A stretch of 63,974 nucleotides of DNA, filler included, from Cercozoa sp. M6MM (lineage: Eukaryota > Protista > Endomyxa: Ascetosporea), in assembly GCA_040357565.1 (NCBI GenBank). It is 12 parts of 12 records of this genome, joined end to end, with 100 filler letters (N's around TTAATTAATTAA, not from the genome) between each part and the next. Parts side by side here need not be neighbours in the genome. Positions count along the whole stretch, not along the records: positions 49,964 to 55,752 come from JBDODJ010000847.1; positions 55,853 to 59,235 come from JBDODJ010001482.1; positions 59,336 to 61,731 come from JBDODJ010001777.1; positions 61,832 to 63,974 come from JBDODJ010001833.1; 8 more parts are not named here. One strand, written 5' to 3'. The notes beneath the pieces were generated by a model, which did no database searches, was not told the DNA's origin, and saw only the letters and a list, made by a program, of their open reading frames with translations. Shown one piece after another: positions 51,211-63,974 of this stretch. The stretch's first letter is position 1. Each line of letters opens with the position of its first letter. The position numbers and the translations under genes were made by a program.

Positions 51211-53674
51211 ATGTCAGCATCGGGGGTTCAGGTGCGGACGTTTCTCCGAGACAACGAAGCGAACGCGCCCGCCCGGACACAACTGGACTCACGCTGCTCG
51301 ACTTCTTCCAGCACGGAGTCGGAGCGTACGACCTACATCGATTTAAGGCATGCGCCCTGTCGTTTGGCTTCTTCATCACAAGCTGGCGAGCAAAAATTCG
51401 AAAACGGTCCAGTTGCCCGAAATATCGAAGCGGCGAGCATGAAAGCCTTGTCCGAAGACGTTGCTTCGTTGCGTCAGCAGTTGTCAGAGGCACGTGCGCA
51501 AACAGTGGAGTTGCAGCGCCGATTGAGCACAAGAGACGAAGAGTTGACGCGTATGCGCGCCTTGCTCGGAAACGACGAGTCCTGGCGTCGGCTTCAAGAC
51601 GCCTCGCTCCTCCGCGAGTTGGACACGCGCGAAGCCGACTACCAAAACAAGATCAACTTTCTGAACGGCAAGGTTGACGAACTCGAAAAGCGTTTGAAGC
51701 TGCAGTTGCAAGATCAGCACGAGCTTGGGCACTGGCGTCGTGAAAAGAATGGCTACCTCGCTCGCATCCAAGAGAAGACTGCCGAAATCTCCGAGGTCCG
51801 TCGAAAGCTGTCCGTTGCACAACGCCATCTCACCGATCTTTCAGAGCAACTTTCGCGAGAGCGTGCGCGTCACCGTGCTGAATTCGCATCGAAACTTGCC
51901 GCGAAGTCTGTCTCCGACCCTCGCAGCGAACATTTGACGCGGGAACACGAAGTGCAGAGCGATGACGAAAGCGTCGAGCCTTCATTGCCGCCTCAGCCGC
52001 AGCCAGTGCCGCGTCCACACTCCGACGAGCAAGCCTCGTTGTTGCAGGACTTGCGCCGCGAGAATGAGCAGTTGGGCGCCTCGTTGGAAGACGCGCAGCG
52101 GTTGTCGAACTGCGTTCGCTCCGACTACGAAGCCATGCTCCGCAAGAACGCCGAGCTTGAGTCGACGCTGTCATACACAAGAACGCAGCTCAACGAGTTG
52201 CAAAAACAGCCGCAACAGCAGCAGCAAGAACCGAAGCAGCGACCGACCCAAGACGAAAGAGAAGTGCAGCGACTCCGCGCGAGGGTGTCGGCGCTCGTGT
52301 CTGACCGAGACGAGCTACTCGGTGCACTGAGTGAATTCGACGCTCGTCTCAACAAGTTTCATGCAACTCTTGACACGGTGCGAGGGCAACGCGATGAATT
52401 GATTGCGAAACTGCGCAGTGTCGAACCGTTGTTGACACATGTCTCGACGAGTTCTTCTCACTCAGAAACGGTCTCTACCGGGAGCGACTTTGTTTCGCCT
52501 TCGACCTCGGGAGCTTCTTCTGAGACTTCGTCGACAAGTCGATCTTCGACTGATGCATCCACGGCGTCGAACCTGTTGAGTGAACTGCGGGACTTGCGGC
52601 AGAAACTGCATTCATTGACACGGGAACACAAGCGGTTGCAAGACGAGCTGGCCAGTGTGAAGCTGGAGAAATCAAAACTCGAGCAGGTGTCGACGCGGCG
52701 TGTCAACGCCGTCGAACGCGATGCTCATGAAGCCGATTTGCAGCAGCAAGTCGATCACTGGTGTGGTGTTGTCGAAACATTGCGTGCGCAGTTGAAGGAG
52801 AAGGAAAAGCAGCTGTCGGATGAAAGTACGGCTCGTCAAGAGAACGCCAACGGCACGCCACAAGAGGTCACTGCACTGCGCCGCGAGTTGAAACGTGTCG
52901 CCGAGCAACTCAAGCAGGCCGAGCAATGCATTTCCGAGAGCAAGGGTACGCTGGCAGCGGCAGTGGCACAGCAGCAGCACCTGCAGCATCTGTGCGAGGA
53001 GAAAGACAACGAGCTGGAGTCGCTGCACCAGCAACTTGCCGAGTCGCGTGCGCGCCTTGAAGCGACGGCCGAGCAGCTCGGTGAGACGCAACATGAGCGT
53101 GAGCAACTAACGCAGCGTGTTCGGCAGCTTGAAGCGACCATGGATGAACGCGTCGCTGACTGCGACAAGCTTGTGGCAGAGGTTCAAAAGACATCCAAGC
53201 AGGCGGAAGTGCAAGCTGCGCAAGCCAAGTTGCAGGCCGCCGATGCAGCTCAGTTGGGCAGAGAGTGCGAGCGTTTGCACGCCGAAGCTGCTGCTCGGTC
53301 GGCGAGATTTGAGCAGTTGCAGAAACAACACGACGTTTTGGTCGGTCGAGAGACTCTCGCGCAGGAGCGACTACGCCACGCTCGCACCAAATTTGAAGAG
53401 TTGCTTTCGAACTACAAACAAGTCTGCTCTCAGCATGAATCCCTTCGATCTTCCTGTGAACAACTCAGCAAGCAGCTTGGTATCTATCTTTTTGTCTTCT
53501 GTTGTTCTAGTTATATCTAAATTTGTTTTTGTCCAGCCGAGGCGCACGGTCGCTTACAGGAGGCGCAGAGGTCAGAGGTATATCACAGCTGTGTGTATGT
53601 GTGTCTGTGTCTGTGTGTCTGTGTCTGTGTCTGTGTCTGTGTTTGTGTCTGTGTCTGTGTCTGTGTCTGTGTGT

Positions 53675-53726
<52 letters not shown>

Positions 53727-53736
53727 NNNNNNNNNN

Positions 53737-53786
<50 letters not shown>

Positions 53787-55191
53787 CTTGTGGACCAAAA
53801 CATCAAATTCCCATTAGTCACGACGAGATGTCGTGATCGAAGACTTGCGAAAGACCGTCGATGCGAGACACGGCGACATTCGCTTGCTCGAGGAGCAGAA
53901 TCTTGCGTTGACACGAAGGTTGGACGAGCTTGCTGCAAAGCATGCGCAAGACAGCGCCAAGATGACACGCGAGGAGCGAACTACTGCTGATCGGCGACTA
54001 CGTGAACAGCACAAGGCTTTCTCCGTGCAACTTGCCGAGGCGCAGCGCCGACAGCAAAAGGCGCACCATCACTTCAAATTGCAGCAACAAAAAATGTGCA
54101 ACCTAGAAACTATCGCCGCGAGCCGACAAGAGGAGTTGCGCTCGGCTGCTCACAAAATCGGCGAAATGCAGCAACTACTCGAGCAAATGCGTGCACGCAA
54201 CGCTCGGTGCGAGGCCGCCGAAGCTCAATTAATGCAGTTCCGTGAGGTGGTCGATCGTTTGGCTGCAAGGTGAATTTGCTTTATGATTGGCAGTGCAATT
54301 GTGTTTATTTGTGTTTGTCTGTCTGTCTATGTTGATGTATGAGTTGTAGCAATGCTTCGCTGGGAGAGCAACTTGCTATTTTACGACAAAAGAAACTGCA
54401 GGGCATGCAACAAGAAGCAGAGCAAGCAAGGACAGACGAAAGCAGTGGCGGTGACAACGCCGAAAATGAGCTGCTGCTGTCGCAGTTTGTGTCACAAGTG
54501 CAACAGCTGCAGAAACAGGTGTCGAAACAACTTGAGACCATGAAGTGGATGGAACAGGAGCGTTGGCATTTAAAGCAGCTGTACGTTTGTGCTTGCTCTC
54601 TTTACTGACGTATATCACATGTTATGGGCAGAGTTCGGCAATACGAGCTAGCTCGACGCATTGTACCAACGGTGTCCGACCACGATATTAAAAGCCACGC
54701 CATGCATGAGACCGAGGAGAGTAGTGTGCACGAAGATAAGGGGCGTGGACTGGACGAAGACGAAAATGAGGACGTCTTTGCATTTACCAGCTCGGACAGT
54801 GACGTGTCTGAGGTACGCTGCTGTACGTTTACATTAATTGCTTTTTTCACTCGGCAGGGTTTGCAGGACCGAGAAACCGTTTCGTTGCCAGTGGTGATGG
54901 AAAATGAGTTTTCTTTTTCGCGCCCAAAGTTCTGTGTTGGCGACTATGCTCCGTCGGTAGTCTTTTGTTTTTGTTTTGTTTTGTTTTGTTTTTTTGAAGT
55001 GGTGATGCTCACAATCTGTGGCGTATGGAGCGCAGGCAAGTGGCGAATCTGCGTCGATACGTATGCTTGCGAGTGTAACAAGTGACTTGACTCCAGGTGC
55101 CGTTGGCTCCGCTGCGAGTGCATCTCTGTCTGTCGGATCCCACACGAGCTCGCACCAACAGTTGGGTCCCCGTAGCAGGTCTGTTAACTGA
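51211..55191 (+). CDS. Long coiled-coil protein (start exon unresolved)
   Basis: ~750-codon open exon rich in E/Q/L/R heptads plus downstream exons ending ...RSRSVN*. Confidence 0.75.
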
Positions 55192-55404
55192 GGTGCACTT
55201 GCACCGAGTCGAGCCGCCGAGACTCGATTCTGTCTGCATGCGCACTGAGGTATCGAACGGAAAGGCACGCACTGAGGTATTCAGGTGTCGTTGGTTGACT
55301 AACAACTAAACTGCATGCTTCTCTGGCCCCCAACCTTCTCGTCTACTAAATACCATATGCAAACGTGCTGTGCTATACGGTGGCGTACACTTATGTTACG
55401 GTAT

Positions 55405-55469
55405 GCTCTTGTGACCCACCCCAGACTGGTGCAGGGGAACTACATAGTTGGTTTCCTAGAAGACTCAAC
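55405..55469 (+). mobile_element. Short retroposon copy B (5'-truncated)
   Basis: Flanked by perfect 9-bp direct repeat TTACGGTAT (55396-55404, 55470-55478). Confidence 0.8.
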
Positions 55470-55479
55470 TTACGGTATA

Positions 55480-55590
55480 AGTTAGTTAGTTGAGTCTTCT
55501 AGGAAACCAACTATGTAGTTCCCCTGCACCAGTCTGTGGTGGGTCACAAGAGCATGGCCGCGTCTACCGCCCGCTTAGGGTAGGACCATA
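55480..55590 (-). mobile_element. Short retroposon copy B2 (same length and 5' end as copy A)
   Basis: Reverse complement aligns over the whole of 24661-24769, including the (TAAC)n tail. Confidence 0.8.
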
Positions 55591-55899
55591 TAACTCCCCT
55601 TTTGACGTTCCCCAGACACCGAAGTCGACTTCATGGTTGGTGCAGGTAGCGGGTATGGAAACCAGCAACTAAGGTATTGAAGACGACTAAATAAAGGAAG
55701 TAAAACGTCAGTTAGAATGGCGTCGATGCGGAGGATTAGAAGACATACCCTTNNNNNNNNNNNNNNNNNNNNNNNNNNNNNNNNNNNNNNNNNNNNTTAA
55801 TTAATTAANNNNNNNNNNNNNNNNNNNNNNNNNNNNNNNNNNNNNNNNNNNNAAGGGGGCGACAGGGGAGGGGGTAAGGGGTAGGGGGTAAGAGGAGGG

Positions 55900-57408
55900 T
55901 ACTGTACCACATAAGACGCGCTGTCTCCAGACAGAATCCATTGCTAAGTGTGGGGGTAAAGAGGGGGGTAAAGAGGGGGTAAAGAGGAGGTAAAGAGGAG
56001 GTAAAGAGGGAGCAAAGAGGGGGAGTAAAAAAGGGAGTAAAAAGCGAGGTCGGAGGGAGGAGGGCAAACACGCCTACCGGTAGCGCAGGTGACCGTCGTG
56101 GTCCACCGCAGCCTCCGACGGAGAGTCTGCCGAGAGAGGGGGTAGGACAGGGGGTAAAGACAGGGGGTAAAGACAGGGGGGTGAAGAGAGGGGTTAAGAC
56201 GGGGGTAAAGAGAGAGGGGGTAAAGAGAGAGGGAGGTAAAGAGGGAGGTATAGGGGGGGGGGGTAAAGGGGGTACAGATCCACGCGACGACGTAGGCGTA
56301 GACCGACACGACCAACAGCGAGGCCAGGTGCTGTCACACATGCACACATGCACCCTTAATTAACAGCAAACCCCCTTAATTAAAAGCAAGAACCCCGTTA
56401 ACTAACGTGCCACCGCCCCCTTAAAACAGTACCGTGTTGTGCGCGTCCAGGACGACGTTGACGTCCTGCGACTGCAGCAGAAAGAACAACTGCGACGCGC
56501 CCAGGAACAGCATCACCAGCAGCTGCACACACACACACACACACGTGCACGTGGTCACTTGGTCACTCCGAGTGGTCACTCTGACTGACTGACTGACTGA
56601 CTGACTGACTGACAGACTGATGGTGAGTGAGTGGTACCGTCTGACTCTTGAAGAAGCGGAACGACAACTGCCGCTCGCGCGTCTGTCGGGGGGGGGGGTA
56701 AAGGAGAGGGTGAAGAAGCGGGTGAAGGAGGGGTGCTCAGGAGGAGGGGTAATGGACGGTAAAGGAGAGGGTAAAGGGGGTAGAGAGGGGAGCAAAGAGG
56801 GAGGTAAGACTACGGCCAGGTAGGGCAGGAAGCGCAGCGTCTGCTTGGCGCGCCAGAAGCTGCGCAGCATCCACGCGATCCACAGGGTCCAGCACAGTGC
56901 CCTACAGGTGTACATGCAGGGGTACACATGGACAGGATACAAATGGACAGGTACAAATGGACAGGTACAACTGGACACAGGGGATGTACCACACAGCGAG
57001 CGACACAAGGAGTAGGATGCGCACGTTCTCCTGCCGCGGCTCGTCCTCGCTGCGGCCCGTCCACTCAAAGTAAGTGGCCAGAAACACACTGCCGCTGATG
57101 CACCTGGTACATATGGACACACACACATACACAGGGACACATGGACGGTACACATGGACAAACTCAGAGACACAGTGTACATGAAGGCAAACAGCAGGTG
57201 GAACGCCGATCGACGTAGTGCCATCTGAGGGGGTAAACAGGGGGGTAAGCAAGAGTAAGCAGGGGGGGGGGGTAAGCAGGGGGTAAAACAAGGCTACGAA
57301 GGGCACAGTGACCGAGGTGTCGAAACCGCGAATGCTGCGCAGCATGGCCAGCCAGAACATGCCTGCACAGCACACACACACACACACACGCACACACACA
57401 CACACACA

Positions 57409-57439
<31 letters not shown>

Positions 57440-57536
57440 ATCGTCCATCTACCCCCTATGTACACCCTCTATATACCTCCCCTACCAAAGATCGTCGTTG
57501 CCACGGAGAAAACGACGCCATTGACGATGCGCAGCC

Positions 57537-57576
<40 letters not shown>

Positions 57577-58491
57577 TAGGACATAGTACAAACTGTAGGT
57601 ACACCGGTACAGATAGACATGGTTGTACCAGGTTTGAGCACGCGGGTCACGCGACAGGTTCAACGGGTTTTGCATGCACACTGCGGCAGGGACACACATA
57701 GCGCTTACCGCCTTACCCCAACCCGGTACTGCGTCAACGTATAGTGCCACTTACTCAGACCAAAGTAGAGTACGAGGACCCATCTCTATGGACACACACA
57801 CACACACACACACATGGTAAAACACAGGTGCAGCACACATAAACAGACACCGACAGGTAGAAGGCAGAGACACGGGCACCTGCTCAACGATAGGCGCCAG
57901 TCGCAGCACGTGCAGTTTCCACACCCACAACAAACTGCACACGAAACACAGCAAGAAAGTTTACCACCCGGTCACTGGGGTGGCATGAAACACAAGCGAA
58001 AAAGTACATTAGGTAGCCTGTGACACAGCAGAAAACTGCTCGCAGCACGTATTCGGCGATACGGTAATCCTGGTCGACGCTGTCCCAGCTGTAGCCACAG
58101 CAAAATACAGTTAAAAAAACACACAATAATTAGCAGTTGCATGTCCCACGCAGTGAATATAGTAGTAGGTGTGTGTATGTGCTATGTACTGGTAGGTAAT
58201 GATCTGCGAGGGCAGACGCAAGTCGCCGTTGAAAACCGCGACGAATTCGAGTTTAACCTGCACAAACAGTTTCACACAAACACTCAGGCAAAGTGACAGT
58301 GTCTGCGTGCGGTGTGCCAACCTGCTTCTCTGGCAGCGAGGCGAGGATTGTGTTCTGCCAGTCGACTCCAAATCCGTCTCCAAAGGGAACTACAATCCGT
58401 CAGTCCAGTCACTCTTGTTCAGTTGGGATCGAAAGTGTCTCAGTTCAGTTCTCAGTACCAGCGAGCAGGATCGTGTCGCAGCTTCGTTTGC

Positions 58492-58574
<83 letters not shown>

Positions 58575-59170
58575 CAGTCGATCGAAGGATGCCGTACCTC
58601 GTCGCAGCGCAGTGACACGGTCTGATTCTTGGCAAAATTGCGCAACGGTCGCGACACTGCACAGAGCAGAAGCAAGGTAGGGACAGGCGAGGAAGGACAG
58701 TGAGAGAGGACAGTGAGGTCAGGCTACACGGGTCGCTACTGTCGAAGGCCCTCAGCACGATCTGTCCAGGGACAGAGTACACACAAGGTGATGACACAAG
58801 GTGACACACACACAAGGTGAAACGAAAGGGAAGGGCAGGGTGGGGGTGGGAAAGGAGGGCTACGGCAGCAGTCATGTCCTTCCGCAACTCTGGCAGTTCG
58901 CCTAGCAGGACAGATGGACAGATGAGACGGACAGATGGACAAACGGACAATATAGATGGACAGATGGACAGATGAACAGATCAGGTGGGACAAGTACCGT
59001 CATCGTCGGGCACACGCGACACCGACACGAGGATTTTGAAGTAGAACTCTGTCCTGTACATACAGACACCACATAGACACAGGTATATCAGACGGGTGTT
59101 ATGGAAAGGGCTCAACTACCTCTGCAATGTTCGCACTTTGCGCCAGTGTGTCATGTTGCTTTCGTTCACT
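55900..59170 (-). CDS. TMEM181/Wntless-like multipass membrane protein (both ends unresolved)
   Basis: YRIAEYVLRAVF, IVEQ|RWVLVL...QNPL, GMFWLAMLRSIR, LRFLPYL...RQLSFRFF, resembling TMEM181-family motifs EQKW..NDP, FWL..H.IR, MPY..R. Confidence 0.55.
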
Positions 59171-59439
59171 GTACACCAAGGCAGTGTAGTAGGGTAGGGT
59201 AGGGTAGGGTAGGGTAGGGTAGGGTAGGGTAGGGTNNNNNNNNNNNNNNNNNNNNNNNNNNNNNNNNNNNNNNNNNNNNTTAATTAATTAANNNNNNNNN
59301 NNNNNNNNNNNNNNNNNNNNNNNNNNNNNNNNNNNCCCCCCCCCCTCCCCCCCCCCCCCCCCCCCGGGGCGGGGGCAGGGGTAGGGGTAAAGAGGTAGGG
59401 GTAAAGGGGGTAGGGGTAAAGGGAGGGTAAACGACATAC

Positions 59440-60217
59440 GTAGTGCTCGCGAATGCTGAGATGCTCATCGCCGAGCACGGCCTCCTCCAGTTCATCGCGC
59501 ATGCTCTCGTGCGACACACTCGGCGCCTCTGTCTTCTTCGCTTCCGTCTCTAAGGAGGTAAGGGGGTAGAGGGTAAAGGCGGGGAGGGGTAAAGGTGGAC
59601 ATACGAGGAACTAGCGCGACGAAATCGCCGCCGAAATCACTTTCGCTTTCCTTGCTTTCGACCTGCACAGACAAAGCTATACTTGAGAAAGCAACAGCTT
59701 TGTTGTTTCAACACAATTTTCGAGTCGCAAAAATACAATTTCGAGCGCTTTTTCGCCGGCAAGAATCGCATCGGCACTTGATTTCGAAACAAAGCTCTCG
59801 CCACTCGAGTCAGTCGCTTCGATTGCTTCGATCGCTTCAATCGCTTCGTCGCTTTGCTGCTGCTGATGCGAGGTTTTGAATCTCTCGGCGCGAGCAGCGT
59901 TGCTTTCGCGCAATTCGCGCAATGCTTCGACGTTGTAGCGACGTTGCGCCATCACTGCACAGCAAAGCAAAGCAACTCACTCGAAATTCAAGCAAAGCCA
60001 CCTGTCGCCTACCTTTCTCGTCGCCATAGTCCTTGTTTTTCGCCGGCTTTGCCATCGGCGCGGCCGAAGGTTTCACGAGCACGCGTCGGCGCGGCTTCAC
60101 TGGCTTCTTTTTGGCCGGCTTGCGCGCAGCGAGCTCGTCGCCGGCGCCGCCTGACTCGACTTCATCATCGAAAGCAAGCTTGGACGCTCGCTTCTTGCTG
60201 CGTTTCTTGAATGGCAT
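59440..60217 (-). CDS. Possible GCFC/PAXBP1 (Ntr2-like) spliceosome-disassembly factor, N-terminal exons
   Basis: MPFKKRSKKR...SKLAFDDE and YNVEALRELRES resemble the LSF.DE and Y..E.L.EL motifs. Confidence 0.4.
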
Positions 60218-60489
60218 AGACGTACTTCACAGCAAGCACACGGCCACGCACAACCAGAGTCTCAGGTGGCCTACAGCTGGCGCCGGAATTTCTTTATTGT
60301 TTTTATTTTGTGGCCAGCGCAATTTCTCGAGGCACTGTGGCTGCCGCGAGTTTTGAAGGCGCTTCAGCTGTGTCTGTTAGTGCAACGTATGTACTAGTGT
60401 CTTGGGACGCTAAATTGGTGAGGCCAGAGAGGTGATTGCAAGAACGCGGTGTGTGACAGCAGAGTGCTCGGTTGCCCTAGGACGTAGCA

Positions 60490-61197
60490 ATGTCGAAAAG
60501 CGCAGCTTTAACGCTGCAAGTGCCGCCGCAGCAGCAACTGATAGTGTCGGAGAAGTGCCATTTTGTAAATCAGCGGAAGCGGCTGCGACTGGCGGCGCGG
60601 ATCGGCGTCACACGCGAGTGCGTCCTGGCCACGATCGCTCGACCCAACAATGCGCCGCCCGAGATGTGCGTTTCGACGCTACTTTACCCCTCCCCTTTGC
60701 TCCTTTTACCCCCCTCTTACCTCTTGCCCCGTTACTTTTACTTCGCCTCTGTTTCTCCTTTTATCCCTCTTACCCCCCCCCCCCCCCGGGCAGATGCCAG
60801 TGGTCGCGCCAGAGCGACATTGTCGATGTGCAGCGCAGCGCCGACACCAAAGAAGCGCACGCCTTGCGATTTACTGTACATCTTGATAGGTTATTTGTTC
60901 AGGGGGCTGATTGTTAAAGGGGCTGAATGTTAAGGGGGCTGTGTATACTTATCTAGAGACATTTATATATGTTTATATATAATTCTCTATATAGTTAATC
61001 GATATATATATATATATAATATGATTAAGGGTGCGTGGACAAGAGTAATTAAGGGTGTGTGTGTGTTGTACAGGTGCGCATGCCGTCCAGCAAGACCAAG
61101 AAAGTCAAGGAGAAAAAGGTCGAGTTCGCCTTTGCGAGTGCGCACGTGTTGTTGCGCGTTCTGGAGGAACTCAAGCCGCCCGAGCTGCGCGTAGTTT

Positions 61198-61234
<37 letters not shown>

Positions 61235-61526
61235 NNNNNNNNNNNNNNNNNNNNNNNNNNNNNNNNNNNNNNNNNNNNNNNNNNNNNNNNNNNNNNNNNN
61301 NNNNNNNNNNNNNNNNNNNNNNNNNNNNNNNNNNCCCCCTCCCTGTTTACCCCCCTGTTTACCCCCCTGGTGTGTGGGACAGGCGCATGCGAACGAGGAG
61401 GCGCAGCGGCAGGAGCGGCGGCGGCAGCGACTGCTGTCGTCGGACGAGGAGGTGCGCCGACTGTTCGAACGACTTGTGGGCGGTCGCGTCGTTTCCGCCG
61501 ACGCCTTCTGGGAGAAGCACGATCCG
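60490..61526 (+). CDS. GTF2H1: TFIIH subunit p62/Tfb1, N-terminal PH-like and first BSD domain
   Basis: RQRLLSSDEEVRRLFERLVGGRVVSADAFW matches the p62 BSD1 pattern; preceded by a PH-like segment. Confidence 0.75.
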
Positions 61527-61831
61527 GTTTACCCCCCATTTAACCCTGTTCACCTCCATTTTACCCCCTGGTTTACCCCCTCCCTGTTTACCCCCCTGTT
61601 TACCCCCCCTGTTCACCCCCTGTTTACCCCCCCCCCCCGTTACCCTCCATGTTTACCCCCTATCTTTACCCCATTTACCTCCCATCTTACCTCCCATCTT
61701 ACCTCCCATTTTCCCTACCATCTTACCTCCCNNNNNNNNNNNNNNNNNNNNNNNNNNNNNNNNNNNNNNNNNNNNTTAATTAATTAANNNNNNNNNNNNN
61801 NNNNNNNNNNNNNNNNNNNNNNNNNNNNNNN

Positions 61832-63666
61832 ATGTGGAGCGCACTGGACGCGGCGCAGGCGGCCTGCGTGGCCTACCGGAAGCACGACGGCGGCGAGCCA
61901 GACAGCGGGGACTTTCTGCGCACGTGTCTGCACGTGTGGGACGACTATGCCGGCGAGCACGCAGTCGGCGCCATGGTGCATGCCGTCGTGGACGTGGCGC
62001 TGGCTACTCGGACCTTCTGGCGCACGGCGCTGCCTTGTGCGGCCGACCTGCGAGTGGCTGCCACGGTGTGCGCCATCTACACGCACCTGCTGCTGCCGCC
62101 CTTGCTCTTTAGTGCTGGTAGATACCCCTTGCAGAGACAACACACCTTGCAAAGACACCTTGCATAAGACAGCACACCCTGCATAGACAACAGCTCTACC
62201 TCTCTCCCTGTAGGTGGCTACGAGAGTCTGCTGACACTGCGATACCGCATGTACCTGGGCGGTGACTCTCTGCCGCCGCTGCTGTCGTCCTTCGTGGATC
62301 TCTTGCGCCGACTCACGTCTGCTTTCGGTCCCAGCGACGTCTGCAACGACACGCCGGCCTTGCGTGCCGTCGCTATCGCCGACGCGATGCACCTGTCCAT
62401 GCCGCTGTAGCCTTGCCCCCTACCCCACCTACCTGGCCTTACCCCTACCCCTTACCCCTTGCACTTACCCTCTACCCTCTACCCACCTCTTACCCTACCC
62501 TTACCCCCTTACCCTTACCCTTACCCTACCCCTTACCCCTTACCCTTACCCCTACCCCCTACCCCTACCCTTACCCCTACCCTTACCNNNNNNNNNNNNN
62601 NNNNNNNNNNNNNNNNNNNNNNNNNNNNNNNNNNNNNNNNNNNNNNNNNNNNNNNNNNNNNNNNNNNNNNNNNNNNNNNNNNNNNNNCCCCCCCCCCCCC
62701 CTGCCAGAGTGCAAAAGTGGGCGAACTCCTCGCCAAACGAGACAAGTTCCGACTCGATTCGCTGGCGCAATTTGGGTACTTTGGTGTCTGTGGAGGTTCG
62801 TGCCGATCCGCGCGGACGCAGCTCTGTGTGTGTGCGTGTGCAGTGCTGTCGATGCGTCAGTTGTACAACGAGTGGCAGTGCAACAATCGAGTCGGCGGCG
62901 GCTGCGGCAGTGCCGACAAAATCGAACAGTTTTCGCTGTGGCTGCGTCGCAGTACTCAGCGACAGGATCACGATGGTGCGTGTTGCTTTTTGTTGTTTTC
63001 TTGTTGTTGTGTTTTTTTTTTGTTTTTGTTGTTTTTTTTTGTTTTTGTTTTAATTTTGTTGTTTTTGTTTTAATTTTGTTGTTTTTTTTAATTTGTTGTT
63101 GTTTTGTTTGTTTTTTTAAATTTGTGTGTTGTTGTTTTTTGTTTTTATATTTGTTTAGTTGTTTTTTGTTGTTGTTTTTTGTTGTTGTTTTTTATATGTG
63201 TTTTTTATTGTTGTTTTTTTATTGTTGTTTTTTAATGTTTTTGTTGTTGTTTTTTATTGTTGTTTTGTTGTTTTTAGTGCGGCCGCGTAAGCGCAAGAAG
63301 TGCGAGCGCGCGGGCGGCGGCGTGGTGGCGGACGAGTCGCCCGAGGACGCCAAGAACCGCCGCGTGGCGCAGCTCTCGCACTGCATCAGCGCCGTCGGCG
63401 CCGACGTCATTCGGCCGCACGAGGATCCCGACCTGGGTAAGGGGGGGGTAAACAGGGGGTAGGAGGGGGGTAAACAGGGGGGTATAACTGCCGGTGTGCG
63501 CAGCGCACGCCAAGTACGTGCCGCTGCAGTTTTTGTGGCAAATGGTCTTCGCCATCGACGACGCCGTCGACGTGTCGCACCGCGCGGCTGAGGTGTGTTT
63601 GTTGTTGTTTGTGTTTTTTGTTGTTTTTATTTTGTTGTTTTTTGTTTTTTGTTTTGTTTTGTTTTG

Positions 63667-63717
<51 letters not shown>

Positions 63718-63974
63718 TTTTTTTTCGTTGTTGTTGTTGTTTGTTGTTGTTGTTGTTGTTGTTGTTTTTTGTTGTTGTTGTTGTTGTTGTTTTTTGTTGT
63801 TGTTGTTGTTTTTTGTTGTTGTTTTTTGTTGTTGTTTTTGTTGTTTTGTTTTGTTGTTCTAGCTGTGTGGTTGTTGTGCAATGCCGGTGCGAGTAGGGCG
63901 TAGAGCTTGTCAAGGAGGCACACGCGATTTCGACGACGTGTCAGCAGGACTTTATCGACCGCGTGAGTGTACTT
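61832..63974 (+). CDS. Hypothetical multi-exon protein (internal fragment)
   Basis: GC-rich exons with GT-AG boundaries (WSALDAAQAAC...|GYESLLTLRYRMY...|HAKYVPLQFLWQMVF); no family recognised. Confidence 0.55.

Noticed and set aside
59190-59235. Telomere at the contig end, (AGGGT)n; also TTAGGG x2 at ~47975
   Set aside because: Both lie in or next to apparent introns and belong to the widespread C-rich intron repeat class; contigs simply break at repeats.

Overview
This is eukaryotic DNA, most likely from a protist, read in the standard genetic code. The window is not one locus: 12 contigs/scaffolds are joined by an artificial 100-bp linker (N44-TTAATTAATTAA-N44), so gene neighbourhoods across linkers mean nothing. 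The genome is gene-dense with very many short GT-AG introns, often swollen by micro/minisatellites, so most ORF-track entries are exon fragments or repeat noise. All gene models below were spliced by hand. Recognisable genes: urocanate hydratase, ethanolamine-phosphate cytidylyltransferase, an ABC-F C-terminus, D-aminoacyl-tRNA deacylase, a tandem-PH protein, eIF1AD, a USP deubiquitinase, a delta-12-type desaturase, an LMBR1/LMBRD1-like protein, a zf-4CXXC_R1 (CDCA7-like) protein, presequence protease (about 32 introns), succinyl-CoA ligase beta, a PEX13-like protein, eIF3a, a TMEM181/Wntless-like protein, TFIIH p62, a U5 snRNA and an APE-RT-RNase H non-LTR retrotransposon. Leading candidates for novelty: (1) a cryptic six-exon gene (18334-19529, minus) encoding two C2H2 zinc fingers followed by RNase III/Mini-III-like motifs; (2) a ~110-bp retroposon family with (TAAC)n tails and target-site duplications, including a tail-to-tail pair that forms a 68-bp hairpin; (3) a structured leader and a 2A-like NPGP motif upstream of the LINE ORF; (4) a divergent 5' splice-site consensus (GTAC-Y rather than GTAAG). 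Domain assignments rest on motif recognition by eye; no searches were run.
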